A DNA stretch of 64,000 nt from an uncultured Desulfosarcina sp. (GTDB lineage: Bacteria > Desulfobacterota > Desulfobacteria > Desulfobacterales > Desulfosarcinaceae). Location of the stretch: positions 448,001-512,000 of the forward strand of contig CAXXWQ010000002.1 in the NCBI GenBank assembly GCA_963674945.2, in the 5' to 3' direction. The notes beneath the pieces are model-generated. The model worked only from the letters and a program-made list of their open reading frames with translations, searched no databases and had not been told where the DNA came from. A program made the translations under genes and the position numbers. Position 1 is the first letter of the stretch. Every line of letters starts with the position of its first letter. This document shows positions 45,687-55,717 of this stretch, in pieces.

Positions 45687-45862
45687 GACGGCTTCGTAAA
45701 ACGTTTTTCCAGGCCATAGATGGCCAGACCGTGTTACAAAAGAAACTCATTCTTCCAAGATCTTGCCGATGAATTGGATGGGAAACGCTTTTTATATAAA
45801 GTCTTTTCAATTTGTGTCGATGAACGAGTTCCTTTAGAAATCCGACTTTCTGCGAATTCATC
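45687..45862. repeat. Element with family-A-like termini but a different core, between pspA and pspB
   Basis: Begins GACGGCTTCGTAAAA and ends GACTTTCTGCGAATTCATC. Confidence 0.6.
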
Positions 45863-45871
45863 AAAACATGG

Positions 45872-46552
45872 TTAGGCGGAAATTTCCGGTTTGTCCACAT
45901 TTTTTCTGGACTTTAACGCGGCCAGTTCACTTTCAATCTCCTCGTCGACCATCAGGTGGTCGAAGGCCTCCTCCAGTGTCGTTTTTTTGCCAAGGTTCAC
46001 CAAATCCGCTTCGGATTCGAGCCGTTCGATCCGATTTTCAAATTGATTGAATCGCCGTATCGCCTCTTCGCTGTCCATTCGGCGGATCTCTTCTTCCGCC
46101 TGAATTTTTTTGCGGGCATGGATGTGCCGCTGTACCAGGACGCGCTGTTTTTCGCGGGCAGACCGCAATTTGTCTTCGAGCTGGCAGATATCTGCCTTGT
46201 ATTTGTCCACCAGATCACCCAACTCCATCAACTCGGTTTCCAGTACTTGCGTTTTTTGTGAAAACCTTCGTTTTTCCATCAGGGCTTCCCGTGCCAGATC
46301 GTCCCGACCTTTGCTGACGGCGAGGGTTGCCTTGTCATTCCAGCCTGTTTCCCGTGCCTTTACATGGTCAAGCTGTCGTTGAACCGTCTTTTTGTTGGCC
46401 ATCACCCCAGCACACGCGGACTTGATCTCCACAAGCGTGTCCTCCATTTCCCGGATCATCAGACGAATCATCTTTTCCGGATCTTCCGCGCGATCCAGCA
46501 TTGAATTGATGTTGGCGCTGACGATATCTCTGAATCTCGTAAATATACCCAT
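45872..46552 (-). CDS. pspA: Phage shock protein A
   Basis: MGIFTRFRDIVSANINSMLDRAEDPEKMIRLMIREMEDTLVE, W..KA.LA..KGRDDLAREAL, IESEL.ALK. Confidence 0.97.
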   Translation of the reverse strand: MGIFTRFRDIVSANINSMLDRAEDPEKMIRLMIREMEDTLVEIKSACAGVMANKKTVQRQLDHVKARETGWNDKATLAVSKGRDDLAREALMEKRRFSQKTQVLETELMELGDLVDKYKADICQLEDKLRSAREKQRVLVQRHIHARKKIQAEEEIRRMDSEEAIRRFNQFENRIERLESEADLVNLGKKTTLEEAFDHLMVDEEIESELAALKSRKNVDKPEISA

Positions 46553-46635
46553 GGATCTCCTCCCGTTTTTCTCTTTGGTTCATAAGAACATGGTCCTTTG
46601 GGCCAACTTTAAAGATAAATCATTCTGTCGTATGC

Positions 46636-46776
46636 TTGTTACAAGAATCCAGGCGTCAGAATGTGGAATCCAGAATCAGGTACTCGCCTTCGGCTCGATC
46701 CATCTGATCCAATAGATGGTCCAATTGATGGTCCAATCGACGGAGCGTAGCGACATCAATTTCATTCTGACTCCTG
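46636..46776 (+). repeat. Dispersed element family B, copy 3 (internal 12-nt triplication), in the pspA leader
   Basis: Homologous to 28451-28588; contains TCCAATAGATGG TCCAATTGATGG TCCAATCGACGG. Confidence 0.9.
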
Positions 46777-46800
46777 TTGGCCCTATACTGTTCACCAAAA

Positions 46801-46817
46801 AGCACCATTTGTGCCAA
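46801..46817 (-). promoter_or_regulatory. sigma54 promoter of pspABC
   Basis: Minus strand TTGGCACAAATGGTGCT (GG-N10-GC); the divergent pspF is its expected activator. Confidence 0.8.
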
Positions 46818-46936
46818 AAATGGTTTATTTTGCGATATCAAGTTGTTAACACTCTTATTGCCTTGACGAACGGATACAAAAATGGCAAAATAAACCAATT
46901 TATGGTTGATTTACCCAATAATTGTGAAAAAAAGCC

Positions 46937-48001
46937 ATGGATACCTTGTCCCGGATCACAAACAACGTGCATGCCCAATCCTCATCCCAGCGGGAAATCA
47001 CCGAGGCCTTAGGGCAATCCGAAGTTTTTCTATCCTTCCAGGAGAGGATATCGAAGATTGCCCCCATCAACCGTCCGGTCCTGATCGTCGGCGAGCGCGG
47101 ATCGGGAAAGGAATTGGCGGCTTCGCGGCTTCATTTCCTGTCCAAGCGCTGGCAGAATCCGTTTGTCACCTTAAATTGTTCCGCCCTTTCCCCGTCGCTT
47201 ATCGAATCCGAGCTGTTTGGTCATGAAAAGGGCGCTTTCACCGGTGCAAGCGGACAACGCACCGGGCGATTCGAAATCGCGGATCGAGGCAGTTTGTTTC
47301 TCGATGAGATCGGCAACATTCCGCTGGAGGCCCAGGAAAAGATATTGCGTGTGGTGGAGTACGGCACTTTCGAACGGGTGGGTAGTTCGGTCCCCACCCG
47401 TGTGGATGTGCGGATCATCGCCGCAACAAACGTCGATCTGTCGCTTCGGGCAGAGGAAGGAACGTTCATGCGGGATCTTCTGGACCGGCTTTCCTTCGAG
47501 GTGCTGTATATCCCACCGCTTCGCGAACGAAAAGGGGATGTATTGCTTTTGGCCAACCATTTTGCGGCCCGGATGGCCTTTGAAATCGGGATGGAAATCA
47601 TTCCCCGGTTCAGTCAAAAGGCCCTTTGCGCCCTTGAAACGTATCGCTGGCCGGGAAACATCCGTGAGTTGAAAAACGCGGTGGAACGGGCCGTCTACCA
47701 ATCGGACGGCCCGGTGATTCGCAGCCTCGTATTCAATCCGTTTGCCAATCCCTATGAAAATTCTGCTGGAAATCAAACAAAATTGGTGCAAGAATCCGGA
47801 AAAGGGAACGAAGACCAACTTCTCAACGAAGCGTATCTTCTTGACACGTCATTGGACGAAGCCGTTTGGGATCTGAAAGTACGATTTTTAAAGCAGGCAC
47901 TGATCAAGGCGAATTACAATCAAAAAAAAGCGGCCGCTCTCCTTGGGATGACCTACCATCAGTTTCGTGCGTTGTATCGCAAGTATAAGAAAGAGATATG
48001 A
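46937..48001 (+). CDS. pspF: Phage shock operon activator (sigma54 enhancer-binding protein)
   Basis: No sensor domain; GERGSGKEL.A.RLHFLS.RW, ESELFGHEKGAFTGA, LFLDE, DLLDRLSF, WPGNIREL; C-terminal NQKKAA.LLGMTYHQFR. Confidence 0.95.
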   Translation: MDTLSRITNNVHAQSSSQREITEALGQSEVFLSFQERISKIAPINRPVLIVGERGSGKELAASRLHFLSKRWQNPFVTLNCSALSPSLIESELFGHEKGAFTGASGQRTGRFEIADRGSLFLDEIGNIPLEAQEKILRVVEYGTFERVGSSVPTRVDVRIIAATNVDLSLRAEEGTFMRDLLDRLSFEVLYIPPLRERKGDVLLLANHFAARMAFEIGMEIIPRFSQKALCALETYRWPGNIRELKNAVERAVYQSDGPVIRSLVFNPFANPYENSAGNQTKLVQESGKGNEDQLLNEAYLLDTSLDEAVWDLKVRFLKQALIKANYNQKKAAALLGMTYHQFRALYRKYKKEI

Positions 48002-50814
48002 AAAAAAAGGTCAAATTCATACGACTCCTTCGTGTTTGGGGAATTTTGTTTTTGATGGTGCTGGGTATGTGCTACGCAACCATCGATACGGTGATTTCGT
48101 ATCGTGACCTCGACTTTCGTGCCAACGAGATCCGCTCGGAAACCATCGACCGCCAAAAACAGATCATCAAACGGGAAGTCATTCGTGTGGTCGATATGAT
48201 TCGATATGAAAAATCCCGTAGCGAGGAGGTGACCAGGAAAAAAATTCAATCAAGGGTCTATGAGGCATATGCTGTCGCTCGACATATTTATGAAACCAAC
48301 AAAGACGCCGAGCCGAGGGAAAAAATTGAGCAAATGGTCACAGACGCCTTGCGGCCCATCCGATTTGAAAACGGTGTCGGTTACTATTTTGCCACCCGCT
48401 TCGATGGTGTCGAGATGCTGTTTTCAGATCGACCGCAAATGGAGGGTTTGAACCTTCTCGACATGAAGGATACCCGCGGTCAATATGTCATTCGCGATAT
48501 GATCGAGATCGCCAGGGGACCAGGCGAAGGATTCTATGAATATCATTGGACGAAGCCGAAATTTACGGGAAATGAATTCAAGAAGATATCTTTCGTCAAA
48601 CGGTTTGAACCGTGGGACTGGTTTATCGGAACGGGATTATACGTCGAGGATATTGAACACCAGATCAAAGAAGACCTTTTGACTGCCATCAGCAAAATTC
48701 GGTTTGGAAAAGAAGGCTATGTTTTTGTCAACAGATTGAATGGAGACGCCCTGGTCTCCAACGGAAGGCGCTTTTCCGGGACGAAGAAGCTGTGGGAGGT
48801 TTTCGGCAATGATCCCGAAAATATGAAGGCCATTTTTCAACAAGAGCGCCGGGCGGCCGAAAAACCCGACGGCGATTTTATCTACTATTCCCACGTTAAG
48901 TTGACCGATCCGCAAAACGCCTCACCCAAGGTCTCTTTCATTTTCGGTGTGCCGGAACTGAACTGGCTCGTGGGTGGCGGTGTGTATCTTGATGACCTGG
49001 AAGCCGACATTGCATTGATGCAAGCAGAACTGAAAAACCAGATCAAAACGAAAATGCTCTACCTGCTTTTCGTCGTCACCGTTATTTTGGGTCTGTTTTT
49101 TCTTCTTTTCAGTTGGTTGAACAACAGGCTCAGGGGTGATCTTCATTTTTTCGTCTCTTTTTTAAACCGGGCGGCACAATCGGATGAAAAGATCGACAGA
49201 GGTGAGATAAAGTTTGAAGAGTTCGACCAGATGGCGCAACATGCCAACAAGATGCTGGCGGACCGCAGACTGGCGGAAGATGCCCTTCGCAAGAGCGAAG
49301 AAAAGTGGCGGCATATTCTCGTCAATACCCCACAACTCTGCGTATCCCTGAATCCAGGAGGAAAGATCGTCTTTGCCAACGAGCATTTTCAGAAGTTGAT
49401 CGGGTACGATGAAGCGGAAATCCAAAGCCAGGACGGCTTTGACCTTTTCGTTCCCGAAAACAAACACAAAGAGGCCCACGATCTGTTTACGGATTTTTTA
49501 AGAAACAATCCCGATTTTTCGACATTTGAGTATGACATTCTCACAAAAGAAGGTCAGCTGCGCCACATTGCGTGGGCGAGTGTGCCGACGAAAGATACCG
49601 ATGGACAAATTTCGGAGGTGACCTGTCTGGGGCTCGATTTAACGGAAAAAATAAAACTGGAGGAACAGCTTCGCCAGGCCAAGAAAATGGAGTCCATCGG
49701 TACACTGGCCGGCGGCATCGCCCACGACTTCAACAATATCCTGTCCGCCATCATCGGGTATACCGAACTGGCGCAGATGAAATCAGAGGCGGATGCGAAG
49801 ATTCATCATTATTTGAAAGGCGTGCTCGATGCCAGCACACGGGCGAAAAATCTGATCCAGCAGATCCTGACCTTCAGCCGCCAGACAAAAGATGAGAAAA
49901 AACCGGTGCATTTACATATCATCTTACAAGAGGCCCTAAAACTCTTGCGATCGACGTTGCCCACCACCATCGATATCCGTACAACCATTCAAAGTGATTC
50001 CGTTGTGCTGAGTGATCCGACCCAACTTCACCAGATTATCATGAACCTGTGTACCAATGCGGCCCATGCCATGGGCGACAAGGGGGGGACGATCAACATT
50101 TCCCTGGATGACGTGGACCTTGGTGCCGATTTTTGTTCTTTGCACCCGGAGGTCCAGCCGGGTGCATACCAGAGACTGACGGTCGGCGATACCGGATGCG
50201 GGATGACACCCGAAACACTGGGTCAAATTTTCGATCCTTTTTTCACCACGAAGGAAAAAGGCGATGGAACGGGTCTGGGGTTATCGGTCGTTCACGGCAT
50301 TGTAAAAAGTTGCGGCGGCATGATCACGGTTGACAGCCGGCCGCACCAGGGAACAGTCTTTTCCATATATTTCCCGATTATTGCCAGCCATGTGGAGGAA
50401 GAGGTCAAAGAAAAGAAAAACATCCCCACCGGAACAGAGCATATTCTTATCGTGGATGACGAGAAAGCGATTATCGACATTACCCGAAGACATCTCTCCA
50501 CACTGGGCTACACGGTCACAACCATGTCTGGCGGACGCGAGGCATTATCGCTTTTCAAGGCAAACCCCGCCGAATTTGATCTGGTCATTACGGATATGAC
50601 CATGCCACAGATGACCGGCGATATACTGGCCCGGGAACTGATGACGATACGGCCTGAAATCCCCGTAATTCTGTGTACCGGGTTCAGCGATAAGGTCAAC
50701 GGCGAAACAGCCAAACAAATTGGTATCAAGGCCCTTTTGATAAAACCACTTCTTCGGGAAGAGATGGCAAATATCGTCCGAAGGGTTTTGGATGGGGCAA
50801 AGGATGTTTATTAG
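47998..50814 (+). CDS. Hybrid sensor histidine kinase (two Cache domains, PAS, HisKA, HATPase, receiver)
   Basis: Two TM helices around Cache motifs ([38 protein letters not shown]); [34 protein letters not shown]...[10 protein letters not shown]...KP. Confidence 0.93.
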   Translation: MKKKVKFIRLLRVWGILFLMVLGMCYATIDTVISYRDLDFRANEIRSETIDRQKQIIKREVIRVVDMIRYEKSRSEEVTRKKIQSRVYEAYAVARHIYETNKDAEPREKIEQMVTDALRPIRFENGVGYYFATRFDGVEMLFSDRPQMEGLNLLDMKDTRGQYVIRDMIEIARGPGEGFYEYHWTKPKFTGNEFKKISFVKRFEPWDWFIGTGLYVEDIEHQIKEDLLTAISKIRFGKEGYVFVNRLNGDALVSNGRRFSGTKKLWEVFGNDPENMKAIFQQERRAAEKPDGDFIYYSHVKLTDPQNASPKVSFIFGVPELNWLVGGGVYLDDLEADIALMQAELKNQIKTKMLYLLFVVTVILGLFFLLFSWLNNRLRGDLHFFVSFLNRAAQSDEKIDRGEIKFEEFDQMAQHANKMLADRRLAEDALRKSEEKWRHILVNTPQLCVSLNPGGKIVFANEHFQKLIGYDEAEIQSQDGFDLFVPENKHKEAHDLFTDFLRNNPDFSTFEYDILTKEGQLRHIAWASVPTKDTDGQISEVTCLGLDLTEKIKLEEQLRQAKKMESIGTLAGGIAHDFNNILSAIIGYTELAQMKSEADAKIHHYLKGVLDASTRAKNLIQQILTFSRQTKDEKKPVHLHIILQEALKLLRSTLPTTIDIRTTIQSDSVVLSDPTQLHQIIMNLCTNAAHAMGDKGGTINISLDDVDLGADFCSLHPEVQPGAYQRLTVGDTGCGMTPETLGQIFDPFFTTKEKGDGTGLGLSVVHGIVKSCGGMITVDSRPHQGTVFSIYFPIIASHVEEEVKEKKNIPTGTEHILIVDDEKAIIDITRRHLSTLGYTVTTMSGGREALSLFKANPAEFDLVITDMTMPQMTGDILARELMTIRPEIPVILCTGFSDKVNGETAKQIGIKALLIKPLLREEMANIVRRVLDGAKDVY

Positions 50815-50884
50815 AATTGACGGATAAAATAATCCTGTTCGTGGGAACCCGAATTCCGAAAGTCGAGAAAAGTGAGTGCCGTCC

Positions 50885-51754
50885 CTATGACACCATTTTT
50901 TCCCGAACCTTGGCGGTGACGGCCAGATTCAGATTCATCCCCAGTTCTTTCCACGATAGCCCCATGGCCAGTCCGAGCAGCTGGGGCAAATACAAAACGG
51001 CGATGGAAAGATCCTCGCCGGCGATGCCGGATGCCCTGGATTGCCACGCCTCCAGGTTCATCTGGCACATGGGGCACACCGTGACGATGAGATCCGCTCC
51101 CTTCGCCGCCTGTAAGATGGCGGTCACCCGTTCGATGCCGGCATCCGGCTGGGTGCTCACCAGGGCGGCGCCACAGCAGCGGCCCCCCATTTCCCATGGA
51201 TGGACGGCGGCACCGGTGGCCGCGATCAACGGCGCCATGGTGAATGGACGTTCCGGATCATCGAATACCACGTACGGCCGGAGGCACTGGCATCCATAGT
51301 AAGGGGCCACGGTCAAGCCGGAGAGTGAACGGCTGACGAGTGTTTCCAATCGATTCGCTCCCAAATCCATGGCCAGCACATCCAGCAGGTGACGCACCCG
51401 GAGCCTTCCCGTCGCCGTGAGGTCAACGGCCGAAAGGGCTTCATTGATCGCTTCCCGCCCAACAGGGTCGCTTACCAAGGCGTCCTGGGCTTTTTTCAGA
51501 TTCAGGTAACAGGCGCTGCAGGGCACCAGGATCTGTCCAATGTCGGACTTTCGTTCGGCCAGGGCCAGGTTGCGGGCACTCAACGACAATGCCAGCAGGT
51601 CACTGATCGGCGCGGCGGCACTGGCACCGCAGCAGGTCCATTGTTCGATCTCCGTCAAGCCGAAACCGGCAGCGGCCAATAGCGCCCGGGTGGCCATATC
51701 GTATTCGCGGGCCGAGGCGGTCAGGCTGCATCCCGGGTAGTACAGGTAATTCAT
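50885..51754 (-). CDS. hdrB: Heterodisulfide reductase subunit B-like protein
   Basis: ATG 51754; YYPGCSL, WTCCGA, PCSACY.NL, APYYGCQ..RP, CCGA, VTVCPMCQMNLE..Q. Confidence 0.92.
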   Translation of the reverse strand: MNYLYYPGCSLTASAREYDMATRALLAAAGFGLTEIEQWTCCGASAAAPISDLLALSLSARNLALAERKSDIGQILVPCSACYLNLKKAQDALVSDPVGREAINEALSAVDLTATGRLRVRHLLDVLAMDLGANRLETLVSRSLSGLTVAPYYGCQCLRPYVVFDDPERPFTMAPLIAATGAAVHPWEMGGRCCGAALVSTQPDAGIERVTAILQAAKGADLIVTVCPMCQMNLEAWQSRASGIAGEDLSIAVLYLPQLLGLAMGLSWKELGMNLNLAVTAKVREKMVS

Positions 51755-51789
51755 CCGTTTCCCCCTTATTTCTGGACAGACACTGATAT

Positions 51790-52371
51790 TTAATCGTTCG
51801 TCGGCCGCTCGTGGCGGGGATCGGCCTCCATGGCCGCCACCTTGTCGAAAAGGCCGTGCAATGACGTTTCGGGCAGATGTTTGCCCCCCATCTCCAGCTT
51901 TCCCTTCTGCATCAATTTCCATCCCAAAGGGGTGAAGCTGATTGGCGCCATGGGGTTTTTCATGGCCATAAAGTAGCGGGTCATGAACGCCATCTCCCGA
52001 ACACGGCCGTGGTGGCGCACCGATTCCAGAAAGTGTTCGTAGAAGAGCCGGCTGCTCCGGTGCCGTTTCTGCCGGCGAGCGAAGGCGATACCCTTGAGCC
52101 GCTCCATGGCGTGTGTCAATGGGAGTCCCCGGGGACAGCGAAGGGTACAGGTGTAGCAATCCGAACAGAGAATGAACGTCCGGCTGGCCATGATGTCGTC
52201 GAGGCGGTTCATGAGCACCATCCGCCACATGAGCCGCGGTGTCAGGTCCATCTCCGGTTCGTTGGGACACGAGGCGGTGCAGGTGCCGCATTGAATGCAG
52301 GCACCGACCATACTGCGGATTTCGGCAAGGGCATCGATTTCGGATGGTGTATCGTTTTTCATCGTGGCCAT
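51790..52371 (-). CDS. hdrC: Heterodisulfide reductase subunit C-like protein
   Basis: CIQCGTCTASCP...MDLTPR, LCSDCYTCTLRCPRG, F..SV..HGRV.E. Confidence 0.92.
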   Translation of the reverse strand: MATMKNDTPSEIDALAEIRSMVGACIQCGTCTASCPNEPEMDLTPRLMWRMVLMNRLDDIMASRTFILCSDCYTCTLRCPRGLPLTHAMERLKGIAFARRQKRHRSSRLFYEHFLESVRHHGRVREMAFMTRYFMAMKNPMAPISFTPLGWKLMQKGKLEMGGKHLPETSLHGLFDKVAAMEADPRHERPTND

Positions 52372-52403
52372 AAAGTAGGTCCTTTTTTAAGAATTCATCT
52401 TGT

Positions 52404-55400
52404 TCACATCACCGCTCCTTCGATGGCCCCGAACATGCCCCGGTGGGTAAATCCCGCCACCATGGACGCGCCGTTGGGACAGACCGTGGCGCAATCGCCG
52501 CAACCCTGGCACATAACGGGGTTGACTTCCACACGGCGACCCTCCTCATCGAGAAAGCGTGCATTGTATGGACAGGTATCCACGCATCGCAGGCAAAGGG
52601 TACACAGGCCATGGCGAACCAGGGCCGTGTTCCGGGCCCTGGGCAGGTGCTGTGCCGCCAGCAGGGAAAGAGCGCGCCCGGCTGCGGCCTCGGCCGTGGC
52701 CACGGTTTCGGGAATGGATCGGGGAGAGAGGGCGAGGCCGCAGGAATATACGCCGGCCATCATCGATTCCACGGGACGCCATTTACTGTCCGACTCCAGA
52801 AAGAAGCCATCCGTGTCCCGCGCAATGCCATATCCCATTGTCAGTGCTTCGGGTAGATTCGGCACGATCCCGGTGGCCAATACCAGTAAATCGGCACCGA
52901 TTTCCACAGGTGCGTTCAAGATGGGGTCAAAAAGTCCGATGGTGACGGGCTTTTTTCCGGCAGACGCGATGTCGACCCGTGGCGTTTTGTCCGGACGGTA
53001 TTGAAAGAAGAGGATCCCCTGTCTGCGTGCCTCGGTGTACCATCGTTCCGTCTGACCACAGGTCATCATATCCCGATAGAGGACGTAGACTTCGATTTCC
53101 GGCCGTTGCCTCTTGAACCACAACGCCTGCTTCAAGGCCGTGGGACAGCACACCCGGCTGCAGTAGTTTCGCGGTTCCTGCCTGGATCCGACACACAACA
53201 TCATGGCCACCGATTCCACCTCATCGACCGACAGCCGACTTTCACGGATGCGAATGGCCAGCTCCTTTTGGGTGACAACCGCCTCACTGGTTCCGTGGCC
53301 ATAGGCGTCGGTGGTCGCCTCTGTTCCGCCGGTGGCAAGGATCACGGCGCCGTGTGCCACCGTGGTCGTCGGTCCCGCCTCGGTTTCGATGGTGGTGAAA
53401 AAGTTGCCGGCCTGACCGAAACCGCCCACGACACGACTTTCCAGCATCGTTTGGATTTTTGGATGGGCATGGATCCGATCCACGATTTCCCGTAAAAACG
53501 GCCCCACCCGATCGCCATCGATGGTCTCCTCGATCCAGGCGAGGTTACCGCCCAACTGCCCCGTCGTTTCCACCAGGGACACATCCAAACCGTGGTCGGC
53601 GATGGCCAGCGCCGCGGTCATGCCGGCGATGCCGCCACCCACCACCAGGACCGCGTCGGTGGCGGCGGTTTTCTGATCCGCCGTGGCGGCGGCATTTTTC
53701 AACCGGGAGATGCCGGCCCGCAACGCACAAAGGCGTGCCGCCCGTCCCTGTTGTTTGGCACCCACCATTTCCACCATGTCGATATAGGCGGGATCCAGGG
53801 CAAGATCCGCGGACAACGCCTTTTTTTTCCTTCGGTAGATCATGGGACGGCAGGCACCCACCAGCACCCGGTTGATGTTGTCTGTGATTCCATCGGCAAG
53901 GGCTTTCATGCCCTGCTGTGTGCACAGTCCTTCGACTTCCACCACCGCTTTCACCGCCGGATCCGATTTCAATGCCTCCAGCCAGAGGTCCGCCGGTTCA
54001 TTTGTCTGCGGTAGGGCGTCGCAACGGCAGACGGCCACGAGGATGGCCGGCGGTGCCTGGTCCACGTCACGGAAATTTTTTGGTTGGACCTTATTTTCAG
54101 CGAGTCCGCCCCCGGCGCGGTGAATGGTTGCAGAGGCGTGAAGGGCGGCCGACGAGGCGCGAATCACCGACCCGGCGATGTCCGTGGGACCGGTCAGGGT
54201 GCCACCGGCAAAGATACCGTCTTGTTTGGTACATGTGCTGGAAAAGGGCAGGGGGCGAATGAAACCATAAGGATCCGTGTCGATCCCGAGTTCCCTGGCC
54301 AGGACGATCGTCTGTGCGTGGGGCCGCTGGCCGATGCTGAGCACCACCAGATCGAAATCTTCCGTGTGGATCTGTCCATCTGCCGTCGTCCACCGCATGG
54401 CCACATCGTCGCCGCCCTGAGACGGGACGATGGAATGGACCCGTCCCCTTACCAGCCGGACGCCCGGTGACGCCACCACCTGTTGGCCATAGCGCTCGAA
54501 GCTTTTGCCGAAGGTTCGCAGATCCATGTAGAGGATGGTGGCCTGAAAGTCATCGCCGACCATTCGTCTGGCCAGTGCCGTCTCCTTGAGGGCGAACATG
54601 CAGCAGATGGTGCTGCAAAAATCGGCGTTGATTGAGCAATCCCGGTTTCCCACGCATTGAATCCAGGCGGCCCGTTTGACCGGTGCCCCGTCAGAAGGGC
54701 GAAGCAGTCTGCCGGGTGTGGGGCCGGTGCCGCTGACCATGCGTTCGAATTCGATACTCGTGACCACGTTGGGCACGACGCCGTACCCCATGGGATTTGT
54801 GCCCGATGCCGCCGGATCGAAACCGGTCGTTCCGGTGGCAAGGACGATGGCGCCGACCGTCTCCTGGTGATATTCCGATTCATCTACGGCTTCGTCGTCC
54901 GCCGCCTGGATGGGCAAGTCTTTATGGCCAATGACCGACAAGTCGATGGCATCGGTGGGGCAGACCGGTTCGCATGCCCCGCAACCGGTGCAGACCTTTC
55001 GATCGATGGTGTAGGTGTTGGGGATGTTATGGGGTACCGGCAGGTAGATGGCCTTGCGTTGGGTGAGATTGACGTTGAAAAGGTCGCCTGCCTCGACCGG
55101 ACAGGCATCGGTGCAAAGGCCACATCCGATACAGCGGTCCGGATCGACGGCTGCTTTGGCCTGGTTCAGGCGGACCAGAAATTTACCGGGTTCTCCCTCC
55201 ACCGATACCAGGGATGTCGAAAGCCGCAGGTCGATATTCTCGTGAAAGAGTCCCTTTCGCAGGCAGGTCTGAAGCCCCTCATCCCTTCCTGCCATGGGCA
55301 GCATCCGGCACATGCCGCACCGGTCCGTGGGAAACTGATAGTCCAACTGGCTTAGGATGCCGCCCGGATTCGGTGCCCGGTCGCACAAAATCACCCGGTA

Positions 55401-55484
55401 TCCGGACTGGGCCAGGTCGATGGCGGCCCGAATGCCGGAGATTCCTGCGCCCACGACCAGGGCCTTTCCGATTTTTTGGTTCAT
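52404..55484 (-). CDS. hdrA: HdrA-like flavo-iron-sulfur protein with two FAD modules (Cys form, divergent)
   Basis: LVVGAGISG, QLDYQFPTDRCGMC, two ferredoxin motifs, QCVGNR, CSTICCM, second VVGGGIAG, YCSRVCC, C-terminal ferredoxin motifs. Confidence 0.9.
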   Translation of the reverse strand: MNQKIGKALVVGAGISGIRAAIDLAQSGYRVILCDRAPNPGGILSQLDYQFPTDRCGMCRMLPMAGRDEGLQTCLRKGLFHENIDLRLSTSLVSVEGEPGKFLVRLNQAKAAVDPDRCIGCGLCTDACPVEAGDLFNVNLTQRKAIYLPVPHNIPNTYTIDRKVCTGCGACEPVCPTDAIDLSVIGHKDLPIQAADDEAVDESEYHQETVGAIVLATGTTGFDPAASGTNPMGYGVVPNVVTSIEFERMVSGTGPTPGRLLRPSDGAPVKRAAWIQCVGNRDCSINADFCSTICCMFALKETALARRMVGDDFQATILYMDLRTFGKSFERYGQQVVASPGVRLVRGRVHSIVPSQGGDDVAMRWTTADGQIHTEDFDLVVLSIGQRPHAQTIVLARELGIDTDPYGFIRPLPFSSTCTKQDGIFAGGTLTGPTDIAGSVIRASSAALHASATIHRAGGGLAENKVQPKNFRDVDQAPPAILVAVCRCDALPQTNEPADLWLEALKSDPAVKAVVEVEGLCTQQGMKALADGITDNINRVLVGACRPMIYRRKKKALSADLALDPAYIDMVEMVGAKQQGRAARLCALRAGISRLKNAAATADQKTAATDAVLVVGGGIAGMTAALAIADHGLDVSLVETTGQLGGNLAWIEETIDGDRVGPFLREIVDRIHAHPKIQTMLESRVVGGFGQAGNFFTTIETEAGPTTTVAHGAVILATGGTEATTDAYGHGTSEAVVTQKELAIRIRESRLSVDEVESVAMMLCVGSRQEPRNYCSRVCCPTALKQALWFKRQRPEIEVYVLYRDMMTCGQTERWYTEARRQGILFFQYRPDKTPRVDIASAGKKPVTIGLFDPILNAPVEIGADLLVLATGIVPNLPEALTMGYGIARDTDGFFLESDSKWRPVESMMAGVYSCGLALSPRSIPETVATAEAAAGRALSLLAAQHLPRARNTALVRHGLCTLCLRCVDTCPYNARFLDEEGRRVEVNPVMCQGCGDCATVCPNGASMVAGFTHRGMFGAIEGAVM

Positions 55485-55522
55485 GGTACGCTCCCGTGTG
55501 TAGGTATTCAGGCTGAAGGTGT

Positions 55523-55717
55523 TTAGGCTGACGGAATTTCGCCTTTTTCAGCATTCAATCCAACCATCCCAGCATTATGCAATTCGCTTCCCGATGATTT
55601 CGTTTTTAACGGTGCAATGACGATGGTTCTGGCAAGGCTAGCGGGAGGAAGCTGTATGGCCATTACCGCGACGACCGATAACGCAGTCCAGAACCATTGT
55701 CGTTGCACCGTTGTCAT
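55523..55717 (-). CDS. Small ORF with a signal peptide inside the hdr operon (possible gene remnant)
   Basis: ATGA overlap with the upstream gene; MTTVQRQWFWTALSVVAVMAIQLPPASLA followed by only 35 aa. Confidence 0.4.
   Translation of the reverse strand: MTTVQRQWFWTALSVVAVMAIQLPPASLARTIVIAPLKTKSSGSELHNAGMVGLNAEKGEIPSA

Noticed and set aside
51755..52291. N-terminal extension of the 468-aa HdrB ORF
   Set aside because: Overlaps hdrC in another frame; HdrB homology starts at MNYLYYPGCS (51754).
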